From: an uncultured Bacillota bacterium
GTDB taxonomy: Bacteria > Bacillota_I > Bacilli_A > RFN20 > CAG-288
DNA: 64,000 nucleotides
NCBI GenBank assembly: GCA_949300365.1
Contig: CASGEC010000001.1
Coordinates: 86,545-150,544 of the forward strand
Direction of reading: 5' to 3'
The position numbers and the translations under genes were made by a program. The number at the start of each line of letters is the position of its first letter. The first letter of the stretch is position 1. Shown here piece by piece: positions 39,043 through 49,851 of the stretch. A model generated the notes under the pieces. That model saw only the letters and a program-made list of their open reading frames with translations. It was not told the origin of the DNA and ran no database searches.

Positions 39043-39581
39043 AAAAGCGTCATCTGGTCGCTTCCGCCCTTGACCTTCAGTCCTTCTGCCCGATAGGAAA
39101 GAAGCATTTCCTTTGTTGTCTTTCCTTCCAGATAGGAGCGGACGTTGTCCCGAGGAATAATCAGAGGCATCCTTTTATGGTAGAAGGCAATTTCCTCTTC
39201 GGGTTTTGTCGTGATGATAGCAAATTCGCCGTCCTTGTATATGCCGGCAAGATAGATGATGCCGTCCAATGAAAACTCCCTGTCGATGCCATTTCCATCC
39301 GTCTCGAAGAACGAGGAGCAGAAAAGGACGCAACGCCTTTCCTTAAAGGATGAGAGGAAGAAGTCCTTCTGGTCGATTGTCTCTAGACGGGCATTGAGGA
39401 TCCTTTTCTGGCCGATGCCAAAGCCGAAGGAGAGGGCACGGATATGGTAGCGTCCCTTTTCCAAAACCAGGGCTGGGGCGATCATGCCTTCCGTTATCTC
39501 TTCCTGGAAGTCCTTGTGAAAGCCGGGGATCGTATCGAACTTGTTGAGGACAGCCTTTTCAATGCGATAGCGTCGGCACAT
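39039..39581 (-). CDS. SOS response-associated peptidase (SRAP/YedK/HMCES family), abasic-site processing protein
   Basis: 180 aa. The N-terminal MCRRY carries the catalytic Cys2, on a SRAP/DUF159-like fold. Confidence 0.7.
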   Translation of the reverse strand: MCRRYRIEKAVLNKFDTIPGFHKDFQEEITEGMIAPALVLEKGRYHIRALSFGFGIGQKRILNARLETIDQKDFFLSSFKERRCVLFCSSFFETDGNGIDREFSLDGIIYLAGIYKDGEFAIITTKPEEEIAFYHKRMPLIIPRDNVRSYLEGKTTKEMLLSYRAEGLKVKGGSDQMTLF

Positions 39582-39603
39582 GTCTTTCCCCTCCTTTCGG
39601 CTT

Positions 39604-40254
39604 TCAGGAAAGCGACAGGATGCGACTTGTCAGTTCCTTGACGGAGCAAACGACGTTTCCGGGATTGGCTTCTTCCAGTTTCTTTTGATAGTCCGCGTCA
39701 TGGGAATAGCCGGCGGAGAGAATATCGACCCCGGCCTTCTTCATCGAGTCGACATCGGCAAGGGTATCCCCGACATAGAGAACCTGTTCTCTCTTAAGGC
39801 CGTGTTCATTGATGAGACGGATCATGTTTTCCGGCTTGTTGACACCTTTGAGGCTTCCGGTGTAGCAGGATTGGAAGAAACTGCCTAGGCCAAGCTTTTC
39901 AAGGGACATCCGAAGCGTTTCCTGACTGCGCCCGGTAAGGAGGAAGAGCTTTTTCCCACGCTCCTTGATGGCCTTAAGAAGGGGAAGGATGCCATCGAAG
40001 GAGATGAGAAGATCGTCCTGTCTTTTCCGGTAGTAGTCAAAGAAGAAACGAAGGCCTTCTTCAAGTCTCTCCTGTGGCAGGATCTTCATCAGGATACCGT
40101 CTTCCGTCGGGCCGAAATAGGAAAAGATCTTCTCGGCCGGGAAGTCCTTGTCGGCATAGCGGTGGATGGTTTCGACCATCGTTTCCTTTTCCAGCTCGTT
40201 GGAATCGGCAAGCGTTCCATCAAAATCGAAAACAAAGCACTCTTTCTTTTTCAT
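39604..40254 (-). CDS. HAD-superfamily hydrolase (subfamily IA)
   Basis: 216 aa from the internal ATG of ORF 39604-40656. Motif [13 protein letters not shown], motif II LTGRS, and K...GDTLADVD. Confidence 0.75.
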   Translation of the reverse strand: MKKKECFVFDFDGTLADSNELEKETMVETIHRYADKDFPAEKIFSYFGPTEDGILMKILPQERLEEGLRFFFDYYRKRQDDLLISFDGILPLLKAIKERGKKLFLLTGRSQETLRMSLEKLGLGSFFQSCYTGSLKGVNKPENMIRLINEHGLKREQVLYVGDTLADVDSMKKAGVDILSAGYSHDADYQKKLEEANPGNVVCSVKELTSRILSLS

Positions 40255-40401
40255 TGCCTTGATTTTAAGCGCGGAAAGGGAAGAAAGAAAGAGGACAATC
40301 AAAGGAAGGAAAGTGGAAGACACCGCATGTCCTTCTTTTTGCGCATTCGGTGGGAATGTTCTTCCCAAGGAATTATAATGATGGGAAAAAGGAGGTCTGC
40401 C

Positions 40402-41661
40402 ATGGAAAGAGAATTCGACTGGAAAGAGGATACGGAAGTCTTTTCCGCCATCGAGAAGGAAAGAGAGAGACAAGAGGATTCCACGGAATTGATTGCCAGT
40501 GAGAACTATGTCTCCCTTGCCGTCCTCAAGGCCCAAGGCAGCGTCCTCACGAACAAATATGCCGAAGGCTATCCCGGGAAAAGATACTATGGTGGCTGTG
40601 GCAACGTCGACACGGTCGAGGATATCGCCCGTGAGAGAGTAAAGAAACTTTTCCATTGCCGTTTTGCCAATGTCCAGCCCTATTCCGGATCCACGGCCAA
40701 CATGGCAGCCATCCGTTCCCTTCTACAACCCGGTGACAGGATCATGGGCATGAGCGTCAATGGCGGTGGCCATCTGACACACGGCTATTCCCTCTCCTTT
40801 TCCGGAAGGGACTATGATTCCAAGTCCTATGATGTCGACAAGGAGACTTTCCTCTTGGATTATGATGCCATCCTCCAACAGGCCCGGACATTCAAGCCCA
40901 AACTGATCGTCTGTGGAGCCAGTGCCTACTCCCGAGCCATCGACTTCAAGGCCTTCCGCCGGATTGCCGATGATGTCGGCGCCTATCTGATGGCGGACAT
41001 CGCCCATATCGCCGGCCTTGTCGCGACGGGAGAGCATGAATCCCCGATTGGCCATGCCGACATCGTCACGTCCACGACGCACAAGACCCTCCGCGGTCCG
41101 CGAGGCGGCTTGATCATGACAAACGATGAGGAACTGGCCAAGAAGATCGACAAGAACGTCTTCCCGGGAATCCAGGGTGGTCCCTTGGAGCATGTCATCG
41201 CCGCCAAGGCTGTCGTCTTCAAGGAAGATCTCTCTTCGGAATACCATGACTACATCCGCCAAGTCGTCAAGAACGCCAAGAGGATGGCGGAGGAATTCGT
41301 CAGCATGGGATACAAGGTCCTCACCGGCGGAACGGACAACCACCTCTTCCTCATCGACGTCCTCTCCTCCAGAAACATCACGGGCATGGCCTGCCAAAAG
41401 CTTTTGGAATCCGTGAACATCACCGCCAACCGGAACTCCATCCCCTTCGATACCCAGAAACCCTATGTCTCCTCCGGCATCCGCATCGGCACGCCGGCCA
41501 TGACGACAAGAGGCTTCACCGAAAAGGAATTCGTCGCTATCGCTCATTTTATCGACGAGGCCATCAAGGCCAAGGACGACTTAAAGAGGCTTGATGAAAT
41601 CAAGGAAGAGGTGACAAGGCTCAATCGACAGTTCCCTCTTCCCTATGAGGCTTTAAAATGA
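40402..41661 (+). CDS. glyA: serine hydroxymethyltransferase
   Basis: 419 aa from the ATG after AAAGGAGG. The PLP-lysine region is [15 protein letters not shown]. Confidence 0.95.
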   Translation: MEREFDWKEDTEVFSAIEKERERQEDSTELIASENYVSLAVLKAQGSVLTNKYAEGYPGKRYYGGCGNVDTVEDIARERVKKLFHCRFANVQPYSGSTANMAAIRSLLQPGDRIMGMSVNGGGHLTHGYSLSFSGRDYDSKSYDVDKETFLLDYDAILQQARTFKPKLIVCGASAYSRAIDFKAFRRIADDVGAYLMADIAHIAGLVATGEHESPIGHADIVTSTTHKTLRGPRGGLIMTNDEELAKKIDKNVFPGIQGGPLEHVIAAKAVVFKEDLSSEYHDYIRQVVKNAKRMAEEFVSMGYKVLTGGTDNHLFLIDVLSSRNITGMACQKLLESVNITANRNSIPFDTQKPYVSSGIRIGTPAMTTRGFTEKEFVAIAHFIDEAIKAKDDLKRLDEIKEEVTRLNRQFPLPYEALK

Positions 41662-44078
41662 TCCTTTCCCACGATGCCTCCTATGTCCTTATTGCCGATC
41701 CCTGCTATCAGAAAGTCCTCCTTGACCTGAAGGCAAAGGATCCAGGGCTCGACATCAAGATCCTCGATCGGCGCAATGCTATTGGCATGCTCTCCTTGTC
41801 CTATGCCAAGGATCCGATTCCATACCTTCTCCAGAAACGAAAGTTCGGCTACACAAATCTTAAGCAGTTAGCCTATCTTCTTCCATTTGCCGACCTTCCT
41901 AAAGATAGTGAATTTGCAGGCTTGAAAGAGGAGCTTATCCAGAACGGATACCTTGTCCCGGATGCGATTGGACTTTATCAGCTCCATGAAAAGAGCATCG
42001 TCCTTTTTGAGGATGACGAGGACGAGGAACTAAAGCACCTACTGAAGAAGGAAGGCCTCTCCTTTTCGGAGCTCCACTTTAAGGACATCGGCTATCAAAA
42101 GCAATACCAGGACCATCCCACTATTTATCTTTTCCCGGACAAGACACATCAATTTGCTTCCGTCTTTTCCTCCATTCGCCATAAGGTCCTTCTGGAGAAG
42201 AAGGATATCGAAAGTTTCTCCCTTCTTGTCCATGACGACAAGGATCGCTATTTCGTCGATCTCTTCTCCGATCTCTTTGGCATTCCCTGCTTCTTCGACT
42301 ATCGCTATCCGCTTCTGTCCGACGTTTCCGTCAAGAAGGCGATGGATGGCTTTGGAAAGGAAAGGAAAATCGTCTTTCCGGAGGCGCTTGACGAGGGGAC
42401 AAAGAGACTCAAGGAGCTTGTCGATAGTTATGGCCTTGCTGAGATTGCCCAGACGGACTTTGACTACGCTTTCTCCAATCTCATGGAAATCGTCAAGAGC
42501 GAAAGCATCGTCGATGCTCCTAAGGATGGCATTTCGGCAACGACACGGGCGCTTTTTGATAAGTCAAAGACCTATTACGTGACGAATTTCCAGCATGGGG
42601 ACTTCTATGGCGTTTCCAGCGACAAGGGCCTCTTTTCCGATGAGGCGCTTAGGACCATCAAGGCAAATCCCAGCTATGTCAAGACCAAGCTCGACAAGAG
42701 AAAGAAGGAAAACTTCTTCAAGTACATGGACGTCGTCTTCTTCTCCCGCGTCGAGCTCCATCTCTCCGATAAGATCTTCCCTTCCCAGCTTCTTGCCGAA
42801 GTCCCATCCGAAGAAGGAAAGAAGCCTTTCAAGGAGGAAAAGAAGACCCTTTTGGAAGATGGCCTTTATACCAAGAAGGCAAAGGACGTCGTCCTCTCCC
42901 TTCTCAAGGACAAGTATTTCCTTCCGCCCGATAGTGCGTATCGCTGCTATGACAACGCCTATACGGACATCCACATTCCTTCCTTGAAGAATACCTATAA
43001 CATCACCAGCTTTGAAAAATACTATGCCTGTCCCTTCAAGTACTATTTGGACTTTGTCCTTTCCGTGGATAGCGATGATCCCGAGCAGGATTACTTCCAG
43101 AGGAAGTTTGGTAACTTCGTCCATTCTATCTTCGAGAACATCTACGAACAGGACTATGATTTCGATTCCGCCTTCGACAAGGCATGCGTTCTTTTCGAGA
43201 AGGAAAGCCAGGAGAAGCCGGAGATGGCCACAGACGCCAGGGAACGCTTCCTCATTCTTGCCAGCAAGGACTATATCCGCCGCTTCGTCGAGAATGTCCG
43301 CAGGCAAAAGGACCTTCTTTCCTTCGTCAAGGAAGAACACGAAAAACCCATTTCCCTTTCATTCCATTCCGACAAGAGCGGAAGGGACTATCTGGTCAAG
43401 GGAAGGATCGACAAGCTTCTCTACACAAGGTGGAACGATACGACCTACTATTCCATCATCGACTACAAGACGGGAAACGAATTCTTCGACTATCGGACGG
43501 TCTTTTTGGGAAATAGCCTCCAGCTTCCCTTGTATTGCCTGGGTATGGCCGAAAAGGAAAAGGAGGCCCAGTTTGCCCTCTTTGGAATCGAGAAGATCTT
43601 CCGAAAGGGACCTCTTTCCAATGCCAAGACCAATAGCTACGATAGCGAGGTTGTATCAAAGTACATGAAGATCAACGGTATCGCCTTGGATAGTCCTTCC
43701 TTCTTCCACTCCATCGATGCGACGTCATTCAAGGAAGGTCCAAAGGAAGAGCTTTACGCACGCGGCGGAACCTATGTCAACAAAACCCTCTCCTTTACGG
43801 AGGAATCCAGAAAGGGACTCAAAAAAGGCGTCTTCTATTCCTTCCAGGACCTTCTTGCGGATGCCAAGAATGCCGCGATTGAAACCATGGACAAGATAGA
43901 GGACGGAACCTTCCCCATCGCCCCGGCAATCGCCAAGGAAAACGATGTGCCAAGCTGTCAGTACTGCTCCTATCGGGACATTTGCTTCCGCAAGCTTTCC
44001 GACATCCATAACCTCTCCGTGGAAATAAAGAATCACCTTGGATCCTTTGCCACCCAGGACGATGACAAGGAGGAGTGA
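41658..44078 (+). CDS. addB: helicase-nuclease complex subunit B (AddB/RexB-like), short form
   Basis: 806 aa. C-terminal RecB-type nuclease domain with an Fe-S Cys cluster (CPFKYY...[10 protein letters not shown]). It overlaps the glyA stop and addA start. Confidence 0.7.
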   Translation: MILSHDASYVLIADPCYQKVLLDLKAKDPGLDIKILDRRNAIGMLSLSYAKDPIPYLLQKRKFGYTNLKQLAYLLPFADLPKDSEFAGLKEELIQNGYLVPDAIGLYQLHEKSIVLFEDDEDEELKHLLKKEGLSFSELHFKDIGYQKQYQDHPTIYLFPDKTHQFASVFSSIRHKVLLEKKDIESFSLLVHDDKDRYFVDLFSDLFGIPCFFDYRYPLLSDVSVKKAMDGFGKERKIVFPEALDEGTKRLKELVDSYGLAEIAQTDFDYAFSNLMEIVKSESIVDAPKDGISATTRALFDKSKTYYVTNFQHGDFYGVSSDKGLFSDEALRTIKANPSYVKTKLDKRKKENFFKYMDVVFFSRVELHLSDKIFPSQLLAEVPSEEGKKPFKEEKKTLLEDGLYTKKAKDVVLSLLKDKYFLPPDSAYRCYDNAYTDIHIPSLKNTYNITSFEKYYACPFKYYLDFVLSVDSDDPEQDYFQRKFGNFVHSIFENIYEQDYDFDSAFDKACVLFEKESQEKPEMATDARERFLILASKDYIRRFVENVRRQKDLLSFVKEEHEKPISLSFHSDKSGRDYLVKGRIDKLLYTRWNDTTYYSIIDYKTGNEFFDYRTVFLGNSLQLPLYCLGMAEKEKEAQFALFGIEKIFRKGPLSNAKTNSYDSEVVSKYMKINGIALDSPSFFHSIDATSFKEGPKEELYARGGTYVNKTLSFTEESRKGLKKGVFYSFQDLLADAKNAAIETMDKIEDGTFPIAPAIAKENDVPSCQYCSYRDICFRKLSDIHNLSVEIKNHLGSFATQDDDKEE

Positions 44079-47000
44079 GCATGCCATTCAACAAGGAACA
44101 GCAGCAGGCCATCGATAGCAAAGTCGACGAGAACGTCCTCATTTCCGCCGGTGCCGGAAGCGGAAAGACGAAGACCCTTTCCAGCAAGGTCTACAAGGTC
44201 TGCGCCATGGACGGCATCAAGCCCAGCCAGCTTTTGGTCTTGACCTTCACCAACAAGGCAGCCTTCGAGATGAAGGAAAGGATCATCGCCCAGTTCCGAG
44301 AGGCCGGCGGCGACAACGATGCCTTGACCGACGAGATCCTCTCCAGCCATATCCAGACCTTCGACTCCTTCTCCCTCTACCTTGTCCAGCAGTACAGCAC
44401 GATCCTCAATGTCCCTTCGACGATATCCATCATGGATGACAATATTCTCACTGCCAAGGCAAACGAGTTCCTCGACGATATCTTCAAGGAGCACTATGAG
44501 AAAAAGGATAGCCGCTTTCAATCCCTTATTGAAAAGTTCAATATGGCAAACGATGCCTCTACCAAGCGGGTCGTCCTCGACTTGGAGAAGAAGCTGAAGA
44601 ACCTCCTTCCCAGCGAGAAGGAAGACTTTGTCCGCCATTATGACCAGAAGTTCCTTAGCAATGATTTCCTCTTGAAAAGGAAGGAAGAATACCTCACCTC
44701 CTTGAAGAAGAAGCTCATCCTCGGCCTAAAGAAGGCTGTCCTTCTTTTCCAGAATGGCGATCCGAATCTGGATATCGATGCCGTCATCGAGAATCTCAAG
44801 CATATCGACTACTCGTGCTCGGACTATCGGAATTTTTCCTTTGGTGAGGAAAAGCTCGATAAGCTCTATCAGCTTGCCTTGTATTGTCTTGATGCCTCCG
44901 AGGATAACTTGATGGAAATGGTCCGTAGCCATACCTCTCTGGACAAGGACATCCAGGATCTTTGGAATGCAAGAGGCTATCCTGCTGGCGTTGAGGACGG
45001 GCCTATCAAGGAGCTTCTCAAGCAATGCTTCAACGTGGTGCGGAGTGCCTTTCGGGACGACTTCCTGATGGTGCTGAAAAAGCTCGGCCCCTTTGACAAG
45101 CAGATCGAGACGATCCTCTCCTTCAAGGAAGACATCCACCTTCTCTTCGACCTTGTGGAGGAACTGGATGTTCGTCTCGAGAAATACAAGTTCCTGTCCA
45201 ATGCCTACTCCTTCCAGGATATCTCCAACATGGCCCTGGCCCTTCTTATCGATCCGAAATACAAGGAGGCAGGCGAGAGCATCAAGAGCCGTTTCCGCTA
45301 TGTCCTTGTCGATGAATACCAGGACACAAACGATTTCCAGGAGGCATTCCTCAACGCCATTTCCCAGAAGGCGACCCTTTTCACCGTCGGCGATGCCAAG
45401 CAGGCAATCTATGGCTTCCGCAATTCCAATTGCCAGCTCTTCCTGGATAGGAAGGCACTCTACGAAAGGACGACGGACGGGAAGCATACCGTCATCGACA
45501 TGAACAAGAACTACCGCTCGGTCGAGAAGATCCTTTCCGATGTCAACGCCATCTTTGAAAACTACATGTCCAAGGAACACGGCGGAATCCTTTATACGGA
45601 CATGGAAAGGCTCGACTACGACAAAAAGGCCGATGTCTATGCCCTGGCTAGGGAAAACGAGAAGGGCGAGTATGGCATCCACATCCTCGACTACAAGGAC
45701 GAGGAAGAGGGCTGCGGAAAGGTTGAGGCGGAATGCCTTACCATCATCAAGGACATCAAGGAGAAGGCCTCTCGTGGCTATCGTGTCCTGGACTTTGTCG
45801 ATGGAAAGCTTGCCCTAAGGCAATGCCACTACAGGGACTTTGCCATCCTTATCCGCAAGCGGAGCCATTTCGATATCTACCAGAAGCTCTTCTTGGACAA
45901 TGCCGTTCCGCTCAACAACGAGATCGAGACGGGCTTTGGCGATATCGACGCCATCCTGACCATCCAGTCCCTCGTTCGCCTTCTTTCCTGGCGCATGGGA
46001 AAAAGCGAGGAAAACGTCCGCCACCTCTATCTCTCCGTCGCCCGAAGCTATCTCTATGGCAAGAAGGAAGGCTATGACGATAAGACCATCTATAAGACAC
46101 TGACGGATGACTTGCTGTGGAAGAAGGATAGGATCCTAAAGGATATCGATACCTTCATCGAAAAGGAAAAGGACCTTCCCTTCTCGCGCATCTTCCTGGA
46201 CATGCTGGAGAGCTTTGGCGTCATCAAGAAGCTTCCCGAGCTTGGCGACGTCAGCAACAACGTCTCCAAGATCGAGTCCTACTATCAGCTTCTTGTCGGA
46301 CAGGAAAACGTCGGCGAGGGCCTATCCGACTTCGTCTCCCTCTTCAAGAGCATCGACAAGTACAAGATCGGCATCTCCGCTTCCTCGGTGACTTCCCTTG
46401 AGGATGCCGTCAGCCTCATGACCATCCACCAGTCCAAGGGCCTTGAGTTCAAACTCGTCTACATGCCCTTGTGCGACAATGCGATGGCCAGCGGAAACAA
46501 TAGGACCAAGCCGGACTATCTCTTCACCAGAAGCTATGGCCTGCTTCTTCCCGACTATGGCTACAACCATCCTATCGATACCTTCCTGACGAATGTCTAT
46601 CTGGAAACGGAAGGGAGCAAGAGCGGGGAAATCAGCGAGCACGTCCGTCTCTTCTATGTCGCCCTCACCCGTCCCAAGGAGACTCTGTATCTTGTCGGAA
46701 GGAAGACGGACGTCTCCAGCAAGAGCAAGGAAAACCTGATGGACATGCTCGACTTCACCTTCCATTACGATGGCATTTCCCAGGAACTCTACGATCGTTT
46801 CCAGTCCCTTTTCGATGTGGGCACGAAGGGCGAATACCATCGCCTCATCCAGCTTAGCGCCAGCCAGGCAAAGGAAAGGCAAGACCTTCTCAACGCCTTT
46901 GACGATGAAGACGAAAGATCGCTTGCGACATTCCTTTTTGATACGCTCGTGATGGAAAGAACAAGGAAGGCAATTTCCGATTGCATCGAAAGCTTCTCCC

Positions 47001-47983
47001 TTGCTATCTATGATTCCCTTGTCGAGGACATTTCCGCTGACGGGAAGAAGGCCATCCAGCTTTTGGTTCACTACTACTCCGGCCTTTCCGTCAAGGATGA
47101 CTTGGATGGCTTCCTTAAGGAAAACGGCGATAGTCTTTCCCGCCTTGCTTTGGCGACGGACAAAAAAACGCTTCTCAAACAGGCACAGGCCTTCCTTTCG
47201 GCCTTGGAGGAGGCAAAGCCCAACGACTTCATCAAGGCGCATCTTGCCTATCAGGATCCCAAGCTTCTCGTCAAGGGGAAGAAGGGGGCAAGCGAGGAAA
47301 AGAACCTTATCTATCGGAAGAAAAGGGCTGTCGTCGCTTTCCTTCCTTCCCTTCTTTTCGTGGGCTTGGGAAGCGCAACGCCGCTTGTCGAGACTTTCTA
47401 TCCGCTCTTCTCACGCAGGACCGTTTCCCTCAAGGGGGATGAGAAGGGACAGCTTTCGACCTACAAGCTTCCTTCCCTTAAGGTGGACGAGAGCGAAATT
47501 GCCTATCCCCAGAGGGAGAAAAAGAGAGCCAGCAAATTCCTTTCCGATGAGGAGAGCCCTCAGGCCGGTCTTCTTGAAAGAGGTACGCTCCTCCACCGGT
47601 ATCTTGAGGTCGTCGACTTCAAGAGCAAGGTCCTACCCCAAGGAATCTTTTCCAGTCCCAAGGATCGGAACATCATCCAAAAAGTCCTTTCCCTTCCTCT
47701 TTTTGAGGACTTGAGCAAGGCGAGGATCTACAAGGAATATCCCTACTATGACAACGTGCTGAAAAGCCAGGGTATCATCGACCTTCTCATCGTCCATGAG
47801 GATCATATCGATATCGTCGACTATAAGCTCAAGAACATCGACGATGAAGCCTACAAAGAACAGCTAAAGACCTATCGAAGGAACATCCTCTCCCTTTTTG
47901 GAAAGGAAAGGAAGGTCCATACCTATCTGCTCTCCATCCTGGAGCATCGCCTGGAAGAGATTCCTGCGGAAGAAGACGACTAG
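44075..47983 (+). CDS. addA: ATP-dependent helicase/nuclease subunit A (AddA/RexA)
   Basis: 1302 aa. UvrD-like SF1 helicase motifs (AGAGSGKT, VDEYQDTN, TIHQSKGLEF) and a C-terminal PD-(D/E)XK nuclease (IDLLIV...VDYKL). Confidence 0.85.
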   Translation: MSMPFNKEQQQAIDSKVDENVLISAGAGSGKTKTLSSKVYKVCAMDGIKPSQLLVLTFTNKAAFEMKERIIAQFREAGGDNDALTDEILSSHIQTFDSFSLYLVQQYSTILNVPSTISIMDDNILTAKANEFLDDIFKEHYEKKDSRFQSLIEKFNMANDASTKRVVLDLEKKLKNLLPSEKEDFVRHYDQKFLSNDFLLKRKEEYLTSLKKKLILGLKKAVLLFQNGDPNLDIDAVIENLKHIDYSCSDYRNFSFGEEKLDKLYQLALYCLDASEDNLMEMVRSHTSLDKDIQDLWNARGYPAGVEDGPIKELLKQCFNVVRSAFRDDFLMVLKKLGPFDKQIETILSFKEDIHLLFDLVEELDVRLEKYKFLSNAYSFQDISNMALALLIDPKYKEAGESIKSRFRYVLVDEYQDTNDFQEAFLNAISQKATLFTVGDAKQAIYGFRNSNCQLFLDRKALYERTTDGKHTVIDMNKNYRSVEKILSDVNAIFENYMSKEHGGILYTDMERLDYDKKADVYALARENEKGEYGIHILDYKDEEEGCGKVEAECLTIIKDIKEKASRGYRVLDFVDGKLALRQCHYRDFAILIRKRSHFDIYQKLFLDNAVPLNNEIETGFGDIDAILTIQSLVRLLSWRMGKSEENVRHLYLSVARSYLYGKKEGYDDKTIYKTLTDDLLWKKDRILKDIDTFIEKEKDLPFSRIFLDMLESFGVIKKLPELGDVSNNVSKIESYYQLLVGQENVGEGLSDFVSLFKSIDKYKIGISASSVTSLEDAVSLMTIHQSKGLEFKLVYMPLCDNAMASGNNRTKPDYLFTRSYGLLLPDYGYNHPIDTFLTNVYLETEGSKSGEISEHVRLFYVALTRPKETLYLVGRKTDVSSKSKENLMDMLDFTFHYDGISQELYDRFQSLFDVGTKGEYHRLIQLSASQAKERQDLLNAFDDEDERSLATFLFDTLVMERTRKAISDCIESFSLAIYDSLVEDISADGKKAIQLLVHYYSGLSVKDDLDGFLKENGDSLSRLALATDKKTLLKQAQAFLSALEEAKPNDFIKAHLAYQDPKLLVKGKKGASEEKNLIYRKKRAVVAFLPSLLFVGLGSATPLVETFYPLFSRRTVSLKGDEKGQLSTYKLPSLKVDESEIAYPQREKKRASKFLSDEESPQAGLLERGTLLHRYLEVVDFKSKVLPQGIFSSPKDRNIIQKVLSLPLFEDLSKARIYKEYPYYDNVLKSQGIIDLLIVHEDHIDIVDYKLKNIDDEAYKEQLKTYRRNILSLFGKERKVHTYLLSILEHRLEEIPAEEDD

Positions 47984-47988
47984 TCCTT

Positions 47989-49851
47989 CTACGCCAGCTC
48001 CCTTCTTCCGGTATAGAGGTCGTAATAGGCCCCCTTCTTTTTCAGAAGCTCGTCCTGGTTTCCCCTTTCGATGATTCTTCCATCGTCCAAGACGCAGATC
48101 TCGTCGGCATCCCGGATGGTGGAAAGGCGGTGGGCGATGACAAGGACGGTCCTTTCTTTCATCAGCTGGGATAGGCCATCATGGATCAGCTTCTCGCTGC
48201 GGGTGTCGATGTTGCTTGTGGCCTCGTCCAAAATCAGGACGGGTGGCTTGTTTAGGGAGGCCCTTGTCAGGCCGAGAAGCTGTCTTTCCCCTTCGGAGAG
48301 ATTGCCGCCATCGTCATGGAGGATGGTGTCGTACTTCTCGGGAAGGCGGCGGATGAAGGAGTCGGCATGGCTTTGGATGCTGGCCTTGTAGACTTCCTCG
48401 TCCGTGGAGTGGAGGCGGACATAGCGGATGTTGTCCTTGACCGAGCCGGTGAAGAGGTGCGTGTCCTGGGTGACCATGGAAATGGCCCTTCTCAGGGATT
48501 CCAATTGGATATGGGTGATGTCGATCCCGTCATAGGTGATCAATCCGCTGTCGATCGGATAGAAGCGGGCAAGAAGGGAGATGATGGTTGTCTTTCCGGC
48601 ACCGGTCGAACCGACGAAGGCAATCTTCTTTCCCGGCGTCGCGACAAAGGAGATGCCCTTCAGGACCGGCTTTCCGGGAACGTAGGAGAAGAAGACGTCC
48701 TTGAAGACGATCTTTCCGACAAGGGGAATGGTCTTGTCGCTTCCCTTCTTCTCCCAGGCGTAGCGCTCCTCAAAGGAAGAACCCTTTCCGACCGGGACAA
48801 GGACGTATTCGCCCCTATCCTCTTCCTCCTTCTCGTCCAGGAAGGCGAAGATCCTTTCCGCTCCGGCACTGGCGGCAAGGATGGAGTTGAGATGCTGGGT
48901 GAAGAAATTGAAGGGCTGGCAGGAGGTGCGGACAAAGACAAGGTAGGATGAAAGGCCGCCAAGTCCCGTGGCGATCATGTTGTTGCAAAGGAAGACGACA
49001 CCCACGACCGCGGAGACGGAGAAGTTCAGATAGCTTAAGGAGACAAAGACCGGGATCGTCAGCTGGGTGAAGAAGAAGGCATTCTCGCTGGCGTTGCGCC
49101 AATTCGTGTTGCCACGAAGGAAACGGGAATAGCTTTCCTCCTCATGGGAGAAGGCCTTGATGACCTTGACGCCGAGGATATCCTCCTCGACGGATGAATT
49201 CACTTCCGAAAGGCCGGCCTGCTGGGCGCGGAAGTATTTCCTGGCCTTGTGGGAATTGAAGAACATGAAGAAGAACATCACGGCGATGAAGAAAAGGACG
49301 ATCAGGGAGAGATAGACATTGATGAGGAAGAGGGAGACGATCGTGCCGACGATGTTGGAAAGGGAGAGGACGATATTGGCAAAGGAATCGTTCATCGCCT
49401 GGACGAGGGAGTCGATGTCGTTGGTGAAATAGGTCATGATCTCTCCGTGGGTATGCTTGTCGAAATAGGCGATGGGAAGCTTCTGCATCTTCGCCATCAA
49501 GTCCCTGCGGATGAGGTAGAGGACCTTCTGCGTCAGGCGGACCATGATCTGGGAATAGAGGACGTTGCTGATGACGCCAAAGAGATAGATGAAGACAAGG
49601 ACAAGCACCTGCCCGGAAAGGATACGGAGCCCTTCCTCAAGGGGTGTTCCGTTTGCGAGGTTTGTCTCCAAAGTATGGATGACGACCGTTCCGGAAAGAT
49701 AGGTGCCAAGGATATTGGCGACACTGGAATAGATGGCAAGGAAGACGACAAGGACAAGGAGGAAAAGGCTCTTTCCCGTGAAGTAGGAGAAGAGGCGCCT
49801 CATGGTTCCGAAGAAGTTCTTCGGCCGGGCGCGGTTCAGGCTTGCTGGCAT
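47989..49851 (-). CDS. ABC exporter, fused permease/ATP-binding protein (type I half-transporter)
   Basis: 620 aa with 6 transmembrane helices plus an NBD (GSTGAGKTT, LSEGERQLLGLTRA). Confidence 0.85.
   Translation of the reverse strand: MPASLNRARPKNFFGTMRRLFSYFTGKSLFLLVLVVFLAIYSSVANILGTYLSGTVVIHTLETNLANGTPLEEGLRILSGQVLVLVFIYLFGVISNVLYSQIMVRLTQKVLYLIRRDLMAKMQKLPIAYFDKHTHGEIMTYFTNDIDSLVQAMNDSFANIVLSLSNIVGTIVSLFLINVYLSLIVLFFIAVMFFFMFFNSHKARKYFRAQQAGLSEVNSSVEEDILGVKVIKAFSHEEESYSRFLRGNTNWRNASENAFFFTQLTIPVFVSLSYLNFSVSAVVGVVFLCNNMIATGLGGLSSYLVFVRTSCQPFNFFTQHLNSILAASAGAERIFAFLDEKEEEDRGEYVLVPVGKGSSFEERYAWEKKGSDKTIPLVGKIVFKDVFFSYVPGKPVLKGISFVATPGKKIAFVGSTGAGKTTIISLLARFYPIDSGLITYDGIDITHIQLESLRRAISMVTQDTHLFTGSVKDNIRYVRLHSTDEEVYKASIQSHADSFIRRLPEKYDTILHDDGGNLSEGERQLLGLTRASLNKPPVLILDEATSNIDTRSEKLIHDGLSQLMKERTVLVIAHRLSTIRDADEICVLDDGRIIERGNQDELLKKKGAYYDLYTGRRELA

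Noticed and set aside
44726-47242. 318 aa and 306 aa ORFs antisense to addA
   Set aside because: addA is continuous over 1302 aa with all helicase and nuclease motifs. The antisense ORFs are composition artefacts.
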